A DNA stretch of 64,000 nucleotides from an uncultured Acidobacteriota bacterium (GCA_963805975.1 CAWDVR010000002.1:776543-840542); one strand, 5' to 3'; positions 1 through 14,161 are shown, counted from the first letter of the stretch. The notes: generated by a model from the sequence alone, not told the origin. Translations and numbers: made by a program.

Positions 1-1936
1 GATCCGAGTCCGTGCCGCCGATCGTGTCGAACCACTCGAAGACCCGCCGGACCGCCTCTTCGGTGGGCACCAGCGGCCCGGTCGCGTTGATCGCCGGGCC
101 CTCGTAGAACCACTGCAGGGTGGCCGGCGCGCCGGCCGCCGAGCTGGCGTCCGCCTGGTTGTTGGCCACCGCCGTCACGTACTCGGCGTACGAGGCATTG
201 ATCAGCCAGTCGCCGTCGCCCTTGGGATCGAAAGTGAGGCCGACGCGCGGCGAGAGCTTGGCATCGTCGATCACCTTGACGCCCTGGGCGTTCTTACCGT
301 CGTTGACGTCGTAGCGGGCACCGATGTTGAAGCTCCAGTTGTTGTTGAGCCGCCAGCCGTCGTTGACGAAGTACGAGTTGGTCACGAAGTCCGTGCCGCT
401 GGTGGTGATCAGGATCGGGTTCCACTGGATGGTGGTGAAGTTGCCGGCGCGGCCCGGGAGGATCACCGGGAAGACCTCGCCGCCCTGGATGATCCTGCCG
501 GAGAGCAGGAGGCGGAAGTCGCTGCCCGACTGGTGGTTGTCGGCGGCCCGGATGTCGTTGAAGTGGTCGTAGCCGAACACCAGGTCGTGCGAGCCGAGCT
601 TGTCGCCCGACAGGAACCAGGAGCCCTTGACCAGGTAGTTCTCGTTGTTGCGCTCCTCGTCCGGATCGCAGGCGCCGCAGAAGGTGGGGCTGTTGAAGCG
701 GTTGCCGGTGCCCTGCGGATTGTCGACCAGGAGCGTGCCGCGGATGCGGTCGGTGAACTGCGAGCCGGAGTCGACGAAGGTGAACTCGCGCTCCGAGTAC
801 TGGGCCTCGACGAAGAAGTTGCGGGTCAGGACGCCCGAGTAGTGGGCGGAGGCGAGGGTCTGCGGCAGCTCGCGGGCGTAGACGCTGGCGAGGTCGAGGA
901 CGCTGCCGAAGATCACGCCGCCGTCTTTCTCTTCGACGTCCATGTAGGAGCCCACCAGGCTGTGGCCCTCGGCCAGGCTGAAGGTCACTTTGCCCTCGAG
1001 GCGGGTCTCCGAGTCGTCGTTGGCGTAGGGAAGATTGGTGAGCACCGTCTGGGCGACGGCGCTGGTGTCGAGGTCGCGGCCGGCGAGGAAGAACCACAGC
1101 CGGTCGCGCCACAGGTAGCCGCCGAGGGTCGCCTCGTAGGTCTCGTTGATGGTGTCCGCCTGACTCACGGTGAGCGGCGTCTCGGCGCCCCAGTCCTCGT
1201 TGGTGAAGTTGGTGCGCAGCGAGCCTTCGAACTGGTTGCCGCCGGACTTGGTCAGCACGTTGACCACGCCGCCGGCGAACCGGCCGTACTCGGCCGAGAT
1301 GCCCGAAGTAGTGGTGGTGGTCTCCTGGATGGCGTCCTCGATGAAGAGGTCGTTGGGCTGGCCGCGCAGGTTCTCGTTGACCACCACGCCGTTGACCAGG
1401 AACAGGCTCTCGTAGGACTGCGCGCCCGAGATCACGATGCCGTCGGCCGGGCCGCCGGTCGAGACGCCAGGCGCCAGAGTGACGGCGCCGGCGATGTCGC
1501 GGTTGACCGGCAGCTCTTCCAGGAACACCTTCTCGTAGGTGGTCGAGGCCTGGGGCGTCTGCGAGATGGTCTCGTAGGCGCCGGTGACCATCACCTCTTC
1601 GCTGACGCCCTCGAGCGACATCGCCATGTCGAGCTGGCTCGACTGGGCGGCCGAGAGCTTGATCGTCTGCTCGGCGGTTTGGAAACCCGAGATCTCGAAC
1701 TTGACGGTGTACTCGCCGGCCGGCATGAACGGGAAGATGTAATCGCCGTTGGCCGTGGTCTGGGTGACGCGGGCGCCCTGGAGGGTCTCCGAGGTGGCGG
1801 TCACCGTCACCCCCGGCAGCGGCTGGTCGTCCGCCAGCACCCGGCCCGAAAGGGTGCCGGTGGGGTTTTGTGCAAGGGCCGGCAAGGCCACGAACGCCCC
1901 CAGCACGAGCAGGGTCCGAAACAAGGTGGATCGCAT
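1..1936 (-). CDS. TonB-dependent receptor with N-terminal carboxypeptidase-regulatory-like domain; C-terminus runs off the window (partial)
   Basis: Own translation of the minus strand in a frame absent from the ORF track, because there is no stop inside the window: MRSTLFRTLLVLGAFVALPALAQNPTGTLSGRVLADDQPLPGVTVTATSETLQGARVTQTTANGDYIFPFMPAGEYTVKFEISGFQT..., then plug/barrel-like segments (...NFTTIQWNPILITTSGTDFVTNSYFVNDGWRLNNNWSFNIGARYDVNDGK...). ATG at 1936..1934 with GGAGG 9 nt upstream. Signal peptide present. Confidence 0.85.
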   Translation of the reverse strand, partial: MRSTLFRTLLVLGAFVALPALAQNPTGTLSGRVLADDQPLPGVTVTATSETLQGARVTQTTANGDYIFPFMPAGEYTVKFEISGFQTAEQTIKLSAAQSSQLDMAMSLEGVSEEVMVTGAYETISQTPQASTTYEKVFLEELPVNRDIAGAVTLAPGVSTGGPADGIVISGAQSYESLFLVNGVVVNENLRGQPNDLFIEDAIQETTTTTSGISAEYGRFAGGVVNVLTKSGGNQFEGSLRTNFTNEDWGAETPLTVSQADTINETYEATLGGYLWRDRLWFFLAGRDLDTSAVAQTVLTNLPYANDDSETRLEGKVTFSLAEGHSLVGSYMDVEEKDGGVIFGSVLDLASVYARELPQTLASAHYSGVLTRNFFVEAQYSEREFTFVDSGSQFTDRIRGTLLVDNPQGTGNRFNSPTFCGACDPDEERNNENYLVKGSWFLSGDKLGSHDLVFGYDHFNDIRAADNHQSGSDFRLLLSGRIIQGGEVFPVILPGRAGNFTTIQWNPILITTSGTDFVTNSYFVNDGWRLNNNWSFNIGARYDVNDGKNAQGVKVIDDAKLSPRVGLTFDPKGDGDWLINASYAEYVTAVANNQADASSAAGAPATLQWFYEGPAINATGPLVPTEEAVRRVFEWFDTIGGTDSD

Positions 1937-2039
1937 GGTTTTCTGCCTCCTTTTTCGTCGCCGCTCGGCGCGGCGGGATAGTTCTATTGCGAACGCGTTC
2001 TCTTCCGCGAAGGCACCGTGTCGCTGAGCAGGGGACGTC

Positions 2040-2055
2040 TGCAAGCCCTCCGCCA
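2040..2055 (-). promoter_or_regulatory. Candidate sigma-54 (-24/-12) promoter upstream of the TonB-dependent receptor gene
   Basis: Minus-strand sequence TGGCGG-AGGGC-TTGCA has GG and GC at exactly the consensus spacing of TGGCAC-N5-TTGCA. It lies about 90 nt upstream of the receptor ATG and directly downstream of the NtrC-type regulator / histidine kinase pair. Confidence 0.45.
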
Positions 2056-2156
2056 CTGCCCAAGCTCAGTGCTATCAGGCAGTTAGAGCGCTCATAGCGG
2101 CGCCCGCTTCAACGAGTTGGATGTAGATGCAAGATGCTGAAGTGATTATAGCTTTG

Positions 2157-3488
2157 TCACGAGGAAGTCACGGGGAGGCGGAGCGTCGCCTCGCAGCCCG
2201 GACCGGTCCTGCGGTTCGCCAGCACCAGGCTGCCGCCGTGCGCCTCGGCGATCTGCCGCGACAGCACCAGGCCGATGCCGCTGCCCGCCGGCTTGGTGGT
2301 GAAGAAGGGGACGAAGAGGTTCGAGGTCTGGGGCAGGCCGGGCCCCTCGTCCTCGATCGAGAGGACGAGGGCGGCTCCTTCGCGAACCCAGGAGATGAAG
2401 ACGCCGCCACCGGTCTCGTTCGCGGCGTCCGCGGCGTTCCTCACCAGGTTGATGAGCAGTTGCTCGAGCTGGTCGGGGTCGGCGGAGAGCACCTGCTCCG
2501 GCCCCGGCTCGACCTCCACCGCGACCCTGGTCTCGAGCGTGGCGATCCGCCGCACCAGGGAGCCGATCGCCACCGGCCGGGCCTGTGGCGGCGGCAGCCT
2601 GGCCAGCCGGGAGTAAGCGCTCATGAAACGCGACAGCGCGTCCGAGCGTTGGGCGATGACGGCGAGGCCGCCGGCCATGTCCTCACGCCAGTCGTCGGCC
2701 AGCACCGGCCGGCCGAGGAGCGCCGCCAGGGTGGCGGCCATGGACTTGATCGGCGCCAGGGAGTTGTTGAGCTCGTGCCCCAGCACCCGCAGCAGCCTCT
2801 TCCACGCCTGGCGCTCCTCCTCGCGCAGGGCCTGGGAGAGGTTGGCGATCACCAGCAGGTGGTGCGGCAGCCCGCCCTCGCGGAAGCCGCTCCTCCTCAC
2901 TCCCCAGCGCCCCGAGCCGCCGGGGAAGGCGCGCTCCACGGTTCCCGCCACCTCGCCCTCCACCAGGTCGGCCAGGCCGAGCTCGGCGGCGGTCCGGCCC
3001 AGCAGCTCCTCGGGCGGCCGGGCCAGCAGGCGCTCGCCGGCCGGATTGACGAGCCGCAGCGCGAGGTCGCCGCCGAAGGTGAAGATGGCGACGTCGATCT
3101 CCTCGATGACCTTGCGCAGCAGCATGGTCGCCTCGACCGCGCCCAGGCGCTGCTCCATCAGAGTGGCGGACAGCACGTTGATCTCCCGCATCACCTCGCC
3201 CAGCACGTCGTCCGCGGCGGCGCTCCGGGCGCGCAGCGAGAAGTCCCCCTCGCGCGAGGCCTGGAGCAGGTTGGCAATGGTCTGCAAGGGGTAGACGACG
3301 CGCTTGCGCAGCAGCGCCGCCAGCCCGAACCAGAGGCAGAGGATGAAGACCGAGAGCGTCCACTGCACCTTGGGCGCATGCTCGCCGAACCACAGGAGAG
3401 CGAGCGCCACGAACGACCCCGGCAGGCCGGCGGCCAGCGCCAGCAGCAGGATGCGCGTCTCGTAGCGCGGGGCAGGTAGGCGGGGCAC
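2157..3488 (-). CDS. Sensor histidine kinase (two N-terminal TM helices, HisKA, HATPase_c)
   Basis: ORF translation contains the H-box LGHELNNSLAPIKSMAATL and G-boxes GGGVFISWV...DEGPGLP...GSGIGLVLSRQIAEAHGG. Hydrophobic N-terminus. Confidence 0.9.
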   Translation of the reverse strand: MPRLPAPRYETRILLLALAAGLPGSFVALALLWFGEHAPKVQWTLSVFILCLWFGLAALLRKRVVYPLQTIANLLQASREGDFSLRARSAAADDVLGEVMREINVLSATLMEQRLGAVEATMLLRKVIEEIDVAIFTFGGDLALRLVNPAGERLLARPPEELLGRTAAELGLADLVEGEVAGTVERAFPGGSGRWGVRRSGFREGGLPHHLLVIANLSQALREEERQAWKRLLRVLGHELNNSLAPIKSMAATLAALLGRPVLADDWREDMAGGLAVIAQRSDALSRFMSAYSRLARLPPPQARPVAIGSLVRRIATLETRVAVEVEPGPEQVLSADPDQLEQLLINLVRNAADAANETGGGVFISWVREGAALVLSIEDEGPGLPQTSNLFVPFFTTKPAGSGIGLVLSRQIAEAHGGSLVLANRRTGPGCEATLRLPVTSS

Positions 3489-3497
3489 GGCGGGAGC

Positions 3498-4856
<1,359 letters not shown>

Positions 4857-4907
4857 GGTGCTTGCGAAGAGGCAACCCGCGTGCCAGGGCGGGCGAGCGT
4901 GACGAGG

Positions 4908-5606
4908 TCAGGTCCGGGGCGTGCCGGTCAGTGAGTCTTCCTGCACCCAGCCGTCGCGCAGGCGGATGATGCGGTGGCCGTAGCCGGCGTTCTCCTGCGA
5001 ATGGGTGACCTGGACGATCGTCGTCCCTGCCTGGTTCAGGCGGGTGAAGAGCTCCATGATCTCCCGCGCCTGCTCGCTGTGCAGGTTGCCGGTGGGCTCG
5101 TCGGCGAAGATCACCTTGGGGCTCATGATCACCGCCCGCGCCACGCCCACGAGCTGCTGCTGGCCGCCCGAGAGCTGGTTGGGGAAGAGATCTTTCTTGC
5201 CGACGATCGCGAAGCGGTCGAGGGTGTCGGCCACCAGGGCCTCGCGCTCGGTGCGCTTGATGTTGAGGTAGGAGAGCGGCACGTCCAGGTTCTCGGCCAC
5301 GGTCAAGTTGTCGAGCAGGTGATAGCTCTGGAAGACGAAGCCGATGTTGCGCTTGCGCAGCTCGTTTCTCTCCTTCACCTTCAGGGCGTGGATCGGTTCG
5401 CCCGCGAAGAAGTACTCGCCCGTCCACTCGCCGTCGAGCATGCCGAGGATGTGGAGCAGCGTCGTCTTGCCGGCGCCCGAGGGACCCATGATGGTGACGA
5501 ACTCGCCCTGCTCGATGCCCACGGTGATGCGCCGCAGCACGTAGGCCATGCCACGGCCGACCTGGTAGGCCTTCTCGACGTTCTTGAGCTCGATCATCGG
5601 TGCCAT
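4908..5606 (-). CDS. ABC transporter ATP-binding protein (LolD/MacB-ATPase-like; ATPase only)
   Basis: Walker A GPSGAGKTT, signature LSGGQQQ, Walker B IFADEPTGNL, H-loop. Confidence 0.9.
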   Translation of the reverse strand: MAPMIELKNVEKAYQVGRGMAYVLRRITVGIEQGEFVTIMGPSGAGKTTLLHILGMLDGEWTGEYFFAGEPIHALKVKERNELRKRNIGFVFQSYHLLDNLTVAENLDVPLSYLNIKRTEREALVADTLDRFAIVGKKDLFPNQLSGGQQQLVGVARAVIMSPKVIFADEPTGNLHSEQAREIMELFTRLNQAGTTIVQVTHSQENAGYGHRIIRLRDGWVQEDSLTGTPRT

Positions 5607-5686
5607 GGCGGGATCCTCGGGAATGAGAGCGAGGGCCCGAACCGCGGCGCAACGCGGTCCGGGCCTCGGGGCGGGACGTTTGGAGC

Positions 5687-6430
<744 letters not shown>

Positions 6431-6507
6431 AGTTTCCCTCGTTTATCAGTCGGATCGGTTACCTGACCTGTATAACGGCCGTCGCTCGACTTTGTTCCAG
6501 CAGCTCG

Positions 6508-7761
6508 TCACTTGAGCTGGATCACCTCGTGCTCGTCGTAGTTCGAGGTGTCCGAGAGGATCACCTGGTCGCCCTGCTGCAGGCCCTCCAGGATCTCGAT
6601 CTCGTTGACCGACGCCCGCCCCAGCTTGACGAGCTGGCGCTGCGCCTCGCCGTCGGCCATCACCTTGTACAGCTCGACGTCGCTGTTCGCCTGCCCAGAG
6701 GTCGGCCGCCCCATCTTGAGCACGTCGGAGAGGAGCGCGATCTCGATGATGCCCTCGACCGAGAGGTCCGGCCTGGCGCCCTTGGGCAGCTCGCCGACGA
6801 TCTCCACGTCCACCGTCACGGTGCCCTCCCGCACCGCCGGGTCGATGCGCTGGACCTTGCCCTCGACCACACCGTTCCTGGTGTCGATCTCGGCCCGCTG
6901 GCCGTTCAGGAGATCCTTGGCCTGGACCTGGGGAATCTGCAGCACGGCCTTGAGCCGGCTCGGGTTGGCGACCCGGGCGAGGCTGGCTCCCGGCTGCACG
7001 CGCTGCCCCACTTCGACCGGAACGTCCTGCAGCACGCCGGAGATCCCGGCCCGCACCTGGAGGCGGCTGATCAGGCTCTGGCGGAGCGCGTAGACGGCGC
7101 GCAGCTGCGCGACCTGCGTCTTCTGAGAGGCGATCTGCGCGACCACCGACTCGCGCTTCTTGGCCAGGCGCTGCACCTCGATCTGTGCCCGCTCGGCGAG
7201 CTGCTTTTCCCGAAGCTCGGCGCGCTTGAGCTCGATGGCCGGCGTCAGCCCCTCCTTGGCAAGCTCCTTCTGCGCCGCGGCGTCCAGCTTGGCCGACTCG
7301 TAGTCCGCCTGCACGCCGGCGGCCTCGGCCTGCTGGTTCAAGACCTCGCTCTCGAGGCGCACGGCGAGGTCCGTCGATTGCCCTTCGGCCACCTCGAGCG
7401 CCAGCCTGGCGTCGAGCTCCTGCTGCTCGAGCGTAGGGTTGGTGAGCTCGAGGATCACGCTCTCGGGAGTCACCTCGGTGCCCGGCAGGATGACCTTCCT
7501 GCTCACCGTGCCGTCACTCTCGGCGGTGACCCACTGGATCTCTTCGGGCTGCAGCGTCCCCGGGCCACGCACCCGGAGCGGCATGTCCCCCCGCTCCACG
7601 GTGCCCAACCAGACCGTCTCACGCTCGACCGGGAAGGCACTGGCTTTCAAGGTCGACAGCCAGACGGTGATCAGGACGAGAGCCAGGAGGCCCGCTCCGC
7701 CCAACGCGATCTGCCGCTGCTTCTTTTTTTTCTTTTCTGACTCGTCGCGAGGCTTGTCCAT
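6508..7761 (-). CDS. HlyD-family periplasmic adaptor (membrane fusion protein)
   Basis: Single N-terminal TM segment (GGAGLLALVLITVWL), long coiled-coil segment, C-terminal beta-barrel region. Start set at the internal ATG (MDKPRDESEKKKKK...) at 7761..7759, which has a GGAG SD. The ORF-track start at 7902 lies upstream of the predicted sigma-54 site. Confidence 0.85.
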   Translation of the reverse strand: MDKPRDESEKKKKKQRQIALGGAGLLALVLITVWLSTLKASAFPVERETVWLGTVERGDMPLRVRGPGTLQPEEIQWVTAESDGTVSRKVILPGTEVTPESVILELTNPTLEQQELDARLALEVAEGQSTDLAVRLESEVLNQQAEAAGVQADYESAKLDAAAQKELAKEGLTPAIELKRAELREKQLAERAQIEVQRLAKKRESVVAQIASQKTQVAQLRAVYALRQSLISRLQVRAGISGVLQDVPVEVGQRVQPGASLARVANPSRLKAVLQIPQVQAKDLLNGQRAEIDTRNGVVEGKVQRIDPAVREGTVTVDVEIVGELPKGARPDLSVEGIIEIALLSDVLKMGRPTSGQANSDVELYKVMADGEAQRQLVKLGRASVNEIEILEGLQQGDQVILSDTSNYDEHEVIQLK

Positions 7762-7826
7762 CGAGGCGACTCCTCTAACACCGATTGCGGCCCGAGCGAC
7801 CGAAGTGCGGCGTGAAATTGCGGTGG

Positions 7827-7842
7827 TGCACCCATCATGCCA
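7827..7842 (-). promoter_or_regulatory. Candidate sigma-54 promoter upstream of the hlyD-abc-abc-ntrC-HK operon
   Basis: Minus-strand TGGCAT-GATGG-GTGCA, one mismatch each in the -24 and -12 boxes at correct spacing. About 55 nt upstream of the hlyD start. Confidence 0.45.
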
Positions 7843-8037
7843 TTGGCAGACACATACGGGTAGAGCGCGGCGGAGTTGCGGAGCGCGTCCCAAACGGCCC
7901 AACGGGCAGGAAGATAACCTGTGAACGTTCGCTTTCGGGATGCCGTCGTCCCAACAACGGACAAGAAAGCCCCGAAGCGAGCGCGCCGGGCGGCCGCCGC
8001 TTCAGGGCTAGGGGTCGAGCCTCTGTTCTAGTCCGGC

Positions 8038-8385
8038 TTACGTTTCCAGCCCGCGAAAGAAGTTCTGCCGCAGCTTGTCGTTGAACTGGTGGTCGGTCAG
8101 CCGGTAGTAGATGGTCTGAGCGTCGCGGCGCGGTGCCACGAGACCGTAGGCACGGAGCTTCGACAGGTGCTGCGAAACCGCCGACACCGAGACGCCGAGC
8201 ATCTCGGCCAAATCGCAGACGCACAGCTCTTTCATGTTCTCGAGCAGGTAGAGGAGCTTGAGCCGCGTCGCGTTGCCCGCCAAGTTGAGTAGGTCGGCTG
8301 CTTCTTCCAAGTCAGGGGAGACCTCCAGGTTCTGGCGGATCTGGGAGATCTCCTTCTGCGAAATGCTGGGACCCTCGGTCTTCAT
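8038..8385 (-). CDS. ArsR/SmtB-family metalloregulatory transcriptional repressor
   Basis: Winged-HTH with the canonical metal-site motif ELCVCDLAEMLGVSVSAVSQHLSKL. ATG at 8385 with GGAGG 5-6 nt upstream. The ORF-track start at 8391 is a GTG. Confidence 0.88.
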   Translation of the reverse strand: MKTEGPSISQKEISQIRQNLEVSPDLEEAADLLNLAGNATRLKLLYLLENMKELCVCDLAEMLGVSVSAVSQHLSKLRAYGLVAPRRDAQTIYYRLTDHQFNDKLRQNFFRGLET

Positions 8386-8696
8386 GCTCACCTCCTACGG
8401 TTGCCACGGGTTGAGGGGGTTGGGGCCCACGCCGCGGAGGGCGTGGGGTTCAAAAATGGCATCAAAAGCATAGGCATTTCGACTTCAATAGATCTACGCA
8501 CAGGATACGAGAATCATTATACGCTGCTTTGCCTCGAATTTGCGAAACGCCAAAAAAATTGAGGGCTCCTAAGCATGTAGTTGGTCGCCCGTAGGCCCTC
8601 GCTCCGAGCTTGCTTGCGCACAACTTGGAGCATGATTTCTTTAAGAACTGATTGTCTCCGGACCTGGTCCGTTTGTCAACCGGCGCTTGCCGCCGG

Positions 8697-11128
<2,432 letters not shown>

Positions 11129-11132
<4 letters not shown>

Positions 11133-12460
11133 TCCTCGCCCGTGGCTCCCCCATCGAGCGGCACCAGCAGCCCTTCGAGTCGCGCCGCGGCCTCGTGCAG
11201 TCGGCCGAGCGCCGCCAGGTGGTCGGCCTCGGCCTGAAACCACGTGCGCTGGGCCATCAACACTTGCGGATACGCGGCCATCATCGCCTGGTAACGCTCG
11301 AGATAGGCGCGGTATGCCTGCTCGGCCCGCGGCAGGATCCCTTCCCGGTAGACCGAGACCATTCGGTGAGCCGAGCTGTACTCGGCCCAGACGTCGGCGA
11401 AGCGCCTCTCGAGCCCTCCCTCGAGCACCGTGACCTCGGCCCTGGCGCGGGCGGCTGCCGCCTCCGCCTCGGCGATCGAGCCCTGGCCGCGGTCGAAGAG
11501 CGGTAAGGGCACGCCGATCTCGAAGAACCCTTCCCAGCCCACGCGAGGCCCCTCGCGGACCACCCTCTCCCGCCCCTGGAGCGCGCCCGCGGTGATCTCC
11601 AGGTTGGGCACCGCCCGCGCTCGCACCGCCGCCAAGTCTGCCTCGGCCACGGCCAGCCGAGCCAGGGCGCCGGCACGCTCGGGACTGTCTCGGAGCACGC
11701 GCGCGCGTACCGTGGCCTCGTCGAGCCCCGGGAGCGGCGCTAGGTCCTCGGACACGCGGGCGATCTGTCGCCGAGGCTCGCCGGCGGCAGCGGCCAGGCT
11801 CGCCAGGGCGGCCGTCAGCTCGGTGCGGGTAGTCTCCTCTGCCAGGGCCACGAGCTCGGCCTCGATCTCGGCGGCGGTAAGGTCCGACTCGTCCGCGACA
11901 CCGGTGTTATAGAGCTGCCAGGCGATCTCGACCGCCTCGTCGGCGAGCCGCGAGAGCCGCGTCCGCGCGGCGAGCAGGCGCTGTGCCGTGGCTGCTCGGG
12001 CATACCCGACCCGTACCGCCGTCAGGGCCGCGAGCCTCGTCCTCTCGGCCTGGGCCTCGAGCTCGACCACGCGCGCCTCGGCGGCCTTGCGACCCTTGGC
12101 GAGCTTTCCCCCGAGAACGAGCTCCTGCTCGACGAAGAAGCCGTAGCGCGCCGTGTCTTCACGACCGGATTCGAGCGAGATGTCCTCACCCGCGACGCCC
12201 AGAGTCGGATTGGGCCATAGGCCGGCCTGCAACCGGGCCCCCCGACCGCCGCGCTCGGCTGCGGCAGCGGCCGCCAGCGCGGGATGGTTGTCGAGCACCA
12301 GCGATTCGAGCTCGGCGAGCGTGGTCACGGGTCCGGCCGGGGCCTCCACCGGCGCCGCCCGGGGTGCCGGGTGATGGTGCTCGTGCTGCGCCGTGGCCGT
12401 CTCTGTCGCGAAGGCCGCGATGCAGAGGACGGCCGCGGTGGTCCGCCCCCACCTGTTCAC
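11129..12460 (-). CDS. TolC-like outer membrane efflux protein (OEP family) with His-rich N-terminus
   Basis: Real reading frame is the C-terminal 443 aa of the track ORF 11129..13549: signal peptide (M)[24 protein letters not shown], then HEHHHP, then long coiled-coil/OEP-like repeats. GTG start at 12460 overlaps the multicopper-oxidase stop (GTGA). Confidence 0.75.
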
Positions 12461-13764
12461 CGGCCACCGCCGTGCGAATGGCCTTCGTGCCCGCTCGCCG
12501 GCGGCGGCTCCACCGCCTCCGCCTTGAGGGCCAGGATGCGGTCGTACATCTCCGGCTCGAGCACCCGCACCAGGGTCATCATGCCCATCATGGCGCCCGT
12601 CCAGGTCGGCCTCAGGCCCAACGTCTCGGGCTTCTCGACCGCCTTGTCCATCGCCATGAACATGTCCTGCGGGTAGCCGGGCACGGTGCGCGCGTTCGGT
12701 GCGGGCGGGTGGAAAGACATCGCGTGCTCGGCGCCCGGCTCGGTGAGCGGTCCGACCATCGTGGTCATGTGGTTCATCATGTGGTGCGGCAGGTGGCAGT
12801 GGAGCATCCAGTCGCCGGCGTGCCTGGCCTCGAACTCCACGTCCCGCGCCTGCGCCACCCCCACGATCTCGGTGTTGCCCGGCTTCCACGCCGAGCGCGG
12901 GATGCGCCCGCCCTCCGTCCCCGTCACCCACCAGGTGTTGCCGTGGAGGTGGATGGGGTGGTGGTCCATGCCGAGGTTGATCATCCGGATCCGTACCCGC
13001 TCGCCCTTCTTGACCAGCATCGGTGTGGTCGCGGGCCCGGACTTGCCGTTGAAGGTCAGCCAGTTGAACTCCATGGCCAGGGTGTTGGGCGTCTGGTTGT
13101 TGGGCAGGATCGCCCACTCCTGGAGAGCGATGCCGAAGTCGCGCTGGCAGAGCGGCGCATGAGGCCTGGCGGGATGGATGATGAAGAAGCCTAAGGCACC
13201 CATCATCTCCTGCATCGGAAAATGGGAGTGGTAGAAGAAGGTGCCGTTCTGCCGCACCGTGAACTCGTACACGTAGCGGCCGCCGGGGGCGATGGGGTCG
13301 ACCCCCAGGCCCGGCACGCCGTCCTGCAGCATCGAGACCTCGAGGCCGTGCCAGTGGACGGCGGTCTCTTCCGGCAGGTGGTTGTCGACCACGAAGCGCA
13401 GGCGGTCGCCCTCCACCACTTCGATCGTCGGCCCCGGCACCGAGCCGTTGTAGCCCCAGAGGTTGAACGGCTGGCGCCAGGGCAGAAACCGCTGCTTCAC
13501 CACCTCGCAGCGGAGGTGAAACTCCTTGGCGCCGTCCACCCACCGCCACGGCAGCTTGGCCACGTCCGGCGTCTCGACCGGCACGTAACCGAGCTTGCTC
13601 GCGTCGGCGGCTTTGGGTGGCGGCGGATCAGAGGGTGCGGGGTGGTGGCCCTCGTGCTGCGGCTCCGCCTGCGCGAGGCCGCGGACGGTCGCCAGCCCGG
13701 CCGCAGCCAGCGCGCCGCCACGCAGGAAGTCGCGGCGGTTACTCTCTCGCCGGTTACTGGCCAC
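12457..13764 (-). CDS. Multicopper oxidase (CopA/CueO-like) with Tat signal and Met/His-rich segments
   Basis: Tat motif SNRRDFLRGGALAAAGLA. Copper ligand motifs HWHG, HSHF, HPIHLHG, HCHLPHHMMNHM. Met-rich stretches (MFMAMDK, MMGMM). C-terminal GHEGHSHGGG. Start tentatively GTG at 13764; the ATG at 13848 would overlap the upstream gene by about 95 nt. Confidence 0.85.
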   Translation of the reverse strand: MASNRRESNRRDFLRGGALAAAGLATVRGLAQAEPQHEGHHPAPSDPPPPKAADASKLGYVPVETPDVAKLPWRWVDGAKEFHLRCEVVKQRFLPWRQPFNLWGYNGSVPGPTIEVVEGDRLRFVVDNHLPEETAVHWHGLEVSMLQDGVPGLGVDPIAPGGRYVYEFTVRQNGTFFYHSHFPMQEMMGALGFFIIHPARPHAPLCQRDFGIALQEWAILPNNQTPNTLAMEFNWLTFNGKSGPATTPMLVKKGERVRIRMINLGMDHHPIHLHGNTWWVTGTEGGRIPRSAWKPGNTEIVGVAQARDVEFEARHAGDWMLHCHLPHHMMNHMTTMVGPLTEPGAEHAMSFHPPAPNARTVPGYPQDMFMAMDKAVEKPETLGLRPTWTGAMMGMMTLVRVLEPEMYDRILALKAEAVEPPPASGHEGHSHGGGR

Positions 13765-14161
13765 CCTTGCCGCCGGAGAGCGCCGCCGCGTACTCGTCGA
13801 AGGTCTTCTGGCTCTCGAAGTAGAAGACCGTGCCGTCCTCGAGCGCACCGATCACCGCCATGGCCTTGTCGACCGGCTTGCCGGTCACCGGATCGACGGC
13901 GCTACGGCTCGCCGCGTCCTTGGCCAGGCGCTCTTTGCACATCTCGCAGCAGCCGTAGTAGGTCTTGTGGTCGAACTCGACCGGGATCTGGTCCTTGCTG
14001 AACACCGCGTTGTTGACCATGCAGACCTTCTTGGCCTCGACGCGGGTGAGCTTGCCCTGCGCCGGCTGGGAGGCGGTGGCAGTGTCGGAAGCCGAGGCGG
14101 TCGTCGCCGCGAGCAGGCAGAAGACGAGCGAGGCTGCGAACAGAATGCGATGAGTCTTCAT
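13754..14161 (-). CDS. Periplasmic tandem YHS/TRASH-like domain protein (putative copper-binding)
   Basis: ATG at 14161 with AAGGAG SD. Signal peptide MKTHRILFAASLVFCLLAATTASA. First repeat KKVCMVNNAVF...KTYYGCCEMCKERL resembles the YHS pattern. Second repeat DPVTGKPVDK...GTVFYFESQKTFDEY is a Cys-less YHS-like copy. Confidence 0.75.
   Translation of the reverse strand: MKTHRILFAASLVFCLLAATTASASDTATASQPAQGKLTRVEAKKVCMVNNAVFSKDQIPVEFDHKTYYGCCEMCKERLAKDAASRSAVDPVTGKPVDKAMAVIGALEDGTVFYFESQKTFDEYAAALSGGKGGQ

Noticed and set aside
294-2063. Track ORFs 294..2063(-) and 533..1981(+), 589 and 482 aa
   Set aside because: Their translations are Arg/Gly/Pro/His-rich low-complexity strings typical of out-of-frame reading in high-GC DNA. 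The real gene is a TonB-dependent receptor in another minus frame that lacks a stop inside the window.
1937-2156. Cobalamin or other riboswitch in the 220-nt leader of the TonB-dependent receptor
   Set aside because: No B12-box or other riboswitch consensus is recognisable. The region is better explained by the sigma-54 promoter plus enhancer.
2127-3479. ORF 2127..3479(+), and similar antisense ORFs opposite real genes (e.g. 3507..4934, 4974..5690, 5696..6466, 6529..7740, 8652..11096, 11983..13194, 15755..17656, 18105..19394, 19600..20976, 20091..21578, 22227..22994, 24235..25365, 27359..30049, 27775..30708, 34311..37457, 43220..44575, 44876..46015, 45928..47445, 47202..48311, 48161..49519, 50002..53487, 54001..56841, 54240..57074, 58483..59547, 60153..61721)
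   Set aside because: All lie antisense or out of frame to genes with clear conserved motifs. Compositions are dominated by R/G/P/A/H runs (e.g. GDGDRHLGDPPGRPRHPDHG), with no motifs, no SD and no sensible N-termini.
8640-8670. Short inverted repeat CCGGACC-TGGTCCG after the copA stop as an intrinsic terminator
   Set aside because: The stem is only 4-6 bp with a minimal loop, and on the copA (minus) side it is not followed by a U-run.
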